Shown here piece after piece: positions 61,270-64,000 of a stretch of DNA of 64,000 nucleotides; the first letter of the stretch is position 1, and each line of letters starts with the position of its first letter. Source of the DNA: Candidatus Cloacimonadales bacterium (GTDB taxonomy: Bacteria > Cloacimonadota > Cloacimonadia > Cloacimonadales > JAFGVF01); contig CAXXOU010000001.1 in the NCBI GenBank assembly GCA_963677495.2, positions 256,001 to 320,000 on the forward strand, written 5' to 3'. The notes beneath the pieces were generated by a model. That model was not told the DNA's origin. It was given only the letters and a program-made list of their open reading frames with translations, and ran no database searches. The position numbers were made by a program, and so were the translations under genes.

Positions 61270-61528
61270 TGAGCGAAGTGAATTTTTGTATTCAGCTTCG
61301 CTCAGAGTAACAATGTTAAGGGATTTGCATTTGCAATTCCGAGAACTCAACATGTCATCGTATATTGACACCAGAGTTAAAAAGAATAGTGTTAGTAAAA
61401 GGAAAATGGAAGGGATAAAGCTTGTTTTGTCATAGGAAAACACTGAAAGATTAGTCAATATTACAACAGACTTCCACTAAAGCTATCCGAGCGACCCGTT
61501 CAACTACGCTCAGGGTGACAAGGTTAAA
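61270..61528. repeat. Pair of REP-like hairpin repeats
   Basis: TTCAGCTTCGCTCAGAGTAACA (61291) and TTCAACTACGCTCAGGGTGACA (61499); TGAGCGAAG...CTTCGCTCA stem at 61270-61304. Confidence 0.6.
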
Positions 61529-61856
61529 GTTTTTTTTGCAATAGTGATTGTTCATATTTCAACAATCTCTTATTGCTCTATCATAATAATAAGTTCTAAA
61601 AGATGTTTCTCTACCCCTTTTCTCACCACTCTCTTATCTGTTTTCCCCAGTGATGCCCAAGAGACTCTTGGAAATAGAATCAGCATCTATGCCTTATTAT
61701 GATGGAGCAGTGAGAGTTTAAACATTGTTTGGTTTATCTTCACAAACTGATATTTATGGGCTTTTCTGTTCAAAAGTCTGGTAGAACCAGGTGCCATCCC
61801 TTGAATCACTTTTGGATTTCAGGCTTGTGTCCATTACTACTCTTATCCCCATCGCT

Positions 61857-61994
61857 TCTTTCAGCAGTAATTAGTGATATAAAACTGGTTTTATCCTGGG
61901 GATAGGTGGGTTAAATCTTGGTAATTAGGCCAAGAATAGGCCAAGTGTTTGCCAAGGGTTTACCAAGTGTCTACCAAGAATTACTGCTGAAAGA
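61857..61994. repeat. 11-bp-phased array E (core CCAAG/CTTGG) enclosed by perfect 16-bp inverted repeats
   Basis: Exact CCAAG at 61930, 61941, 61952, 61963, 61974; degenerate CTTGG arm at 61884, 61895, 61906, 61917; TCTTTCAGCAGTAATT 61857-61872 and AATTACTGCTGAAAGA 61979-61994. Confidence 0.9.
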
Positions 61995-62117
61995 TGAAGG
62001 GAAAAATAGTGAAGAAGAGGGAGCTGAAAAGGTTGCTTATGAAGAGTGGAATAGATATTAATTGACATAGTGTTAAATCTATGTAACTTTGAGCTACTTT
62101 AATGTTTAGGATTATAG

Positions 62118-62555
62118 ATGGAAATACAGATAAAACAGATGAGAGAAGAGCATCTGAAAGATATATTACCGATTGAAGCAGAGCTTTTTACTGAACCTTG
62201 GCAGACTGAATTCTTTAATTTTGAGATTAAGCAAGGAGACTCAATAGTTGCTTATAATGAAGGCAAGCTGGTTGGATATGTTTGCGGGTTTGCAGTATTA
62301 GATGAGTTTTCAATATCTAATGTTGGAGTATCAAAGAGAATTCAAAGACACGGAGTGGCGTATAAAATGCTGAAGCATCTGATTGATAAGAAGATTAGTG
62401 ATGGTACTATTGTTTTTTACTTAGAGGTAAGAGAATCTAATATCTCTGCTATTAATCTTTACAGGAAATTAGGTTTTGGGACAATAGGCAAAAGGCGAAA
62501 CTATTATAAGCATCCTCTTGAAGATGCGATAGTTATGAAGTATGAACATCAATAG
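62118..62555 (+). CDS. rimI: Ribosomal protein S18 alanine N-acetyltransferase
   Basis: EPW, ISNVGV, LEVRESNISAINLYRKLGF, RRNYY..EDAIVM. Confidence 0.93.
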   Translation: MEIQIKQMREEHLKDILPIEAELFTEPWQTEFFNFEIKQGDSIVAYNEGKLVGYVCGFAVLDEFSISNVGVSKRIQRHGVAYKMLKHLIDKKISDGTIVFYLEVRESNISAINLYRKLGFGTIGKRRNYYKHPLEDAIVMKYEHQ

Positions 62556-62570
62556 ATAAATCGAGACAAA

Positions 62571-64000
62571 ATGAAAAACTATGATTATTTAGTGATTGGA
62601 AGTGGGATAGCAGGTTTAATATTTGCTCTTGAGACTTCCCAATGGGGCAAAGTTGCTGTTGTAACTAAGAAAGAGATAACAGCCTGCAATACTGATTATG
62701 CACAAGGTGGGATAGCTGCAGTTCTAAGTGAACACGATACATTTGAAGAGCACATCAAGGACACTTATATTGCCGGAGCTAAGCTGGGCAAAAAAGGTGT
62801 GATGGAGCAAATTATCAAAGAAGGACCTGATGTAATTCAGTATTTATTGGATCTAGGCACAAAGTTCACTGTTGATAGTAATTCAAACCGCTCTTTAATG
62901 GAGAACTTACGTCTCACTAAGGAAGGTGGTCATTCACATCATAGAGTCGTTTACGGAGCAGATTCTACCGGTCACCTTATCATGGAAGCGTTAATAGACA
63001 ATTGCCGAAAAAATGAGAACATAGATATTTATGAGAATCACATGGCTGTGGATTTGATAACACAACATCACATACCCCAGTTAAATGAGTTCATTGCACG
63101 CATATCCTGCTGGGGAGCATATGTGATGGATTGTGAATCTAACAATATAGAACTCTTTAGAGCGAAGAAAACAATGCTTGCAACCGGGGGTGGATCACAA
63201 GTTTATTCTCATAACACAAATCCTGATATTGCAACAGGTGATGGGATTGCAATGGCAAGGTTAGCAGGAGCAAGACTTGCCAATATGGAGTTTGTTCAGT
63301 TCCACCCTACAGCATTTTATTCCCCGGAAGGGAAAACCTTCTTAATCAGTGAAGCTCTTCGTGGAGAAGGTGCAATTATTAAAGCAATAAATGGGGATGA
63401 GTTTATGACAGATTATCATCCACAAGGTTGTTTAGCACCACGTGATGTTGTATCACGTTCTATTGATGCTGAGATGACCAGGCGTAGCGATAAGCATGTC
63501 TATCTTGATGCAACCCATCTTGATGCTAATAAACTGAAAGAGCACTTCCCTTATATTGATAAGAAATGCAGGAAGTATGGAGTTGATTTTACAAAGCATC
63601 CTATACCTATTACACCTGCAGCACACTATTTTTGTGGAGGTATTCTTACAACAACTGACGGTCAAACAGACATAAGGAACTTATATGCAGCAGGTGAAGT
63701 TGCTTGTACCGGTTTACATGGTGCCAATAGGCTTGCCTCGAACTCATTACTGGAAGCTGCAGTGATTGCTTTTAATGCTGCTCATAGTCGAAAGATAAAA
63801 GAGGATGTCAGATTTCCTGAGATTCCGGAATGGAAAGACTTAGGTAGTTTCAATGAACCTGAGTGGGTCGTAATCTCACATAACAGAGAGATTATCGGCA
63901 GAATCATGCAGGGCTATGTTGGAATTCGACGAACCAGAAGACTTTTGAACTATGCACTTTCCAGACTTGAAAATATATATACAGAGATTAATAATTTCTA
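62571..64000 (+). CDS. nadB: L-aspartate oxidase (3' truncated by window edge; not in ORF track)
   Basis: Manual translation MKNYDYLVIGSGIAG...AQGGIAAV, EGGHS, EFVQFHPT, SEALRGEG, AAHYFCGG, GLHGANRLASNSLLE. Confidence 0.95.
   Translation, partial: MKNYDYLVIGSGIAGLIFALETSQWGKVAVVTKKEITACNTDYAQGGIAAVLSEHDTFEEHIKDTYIAGAKLGKKGVMEQIIKEGPDVIQYLLDLGTKFTVDSNSNRSLMENLRLTKEGGHSHHRVVYGADSTGHLIMEALIDNCRKNENIDIYENHMAVDLITQHHIPQLNEFIARISCWGAYVMDCESNNIELFRAKKTMLATGGGSQVYSHNTNPDIATGDGIAMARLAGARLANMEFVQFHPTAFYSPEGKTFLISEALRGEGAIIKAINGDEFMTDYHPQGCLAPRDVVSRSIDAEMTRRSDKHVYLDATHLDANKLKEHFPYIDKKCRKYGVDFTKHPIPITPAAHYFCGGILTTTDGQTDIRNLYAAGEVACTGLHGANRLASNSLLEAAVIAFNAAHSRKIKEDVRFPEIPEWKDLGSFNEPEWVVISHNREIIGRIMQGYVGIRRTRRLLNYALSRLENIYTEINNF

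Noticed and set aside
62118..62600. rimI-nadB read-through fusion (same frame, TAG then 15 nt)
   Set aside because: Both are full-length stand-alone proteins and nadB has its own ATG; no recoding signal is seen.

Overview
AT-rich bacterial chromosome segment. The style of the secreted proteins (gingipain-like C25 protein, beta-helix and LamG/GLUG proteins with a shared C-terminal domain) suggests Candidatus Cloacimonadota or a related FCB-group anaerobe; this is inference. Core loci: rpsP-khpA-rimM-trmD-SPOUT-rplS; tRNA(Thr,Tyr,Gly,Thr)-tuf-rpmG-tRNA(Trp)-secE-nusG-rplKAJL-rpoBC-rpsLG, which ends at a terminator with no fusA; lepA, queF, rimI, nadB. Accessory genes: a histidine kinase/response regulator/TonB receptor/YfiR module, a radical SAM-FNR fusion, an RloA/RloB (AbiL-like) pair, a selenocysteine peroxiredoxin with a visible SECIS, and a stand-alone A-T-C-A-T-TE NRPS with a Cys-type thioesterase. 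The most striking unexplained signal is non-coding. Six intergenic arrays repeat a 5-6 bp core at an exact 11-bp period, four of them as head-to-head arms of 4-5 units. Five different cores are used, so the geometry is conserved rather than the sequence. Several dispersed hairpin repeat families and an inverted 65-bp repeat pair carrying DnaA boxes also occur.
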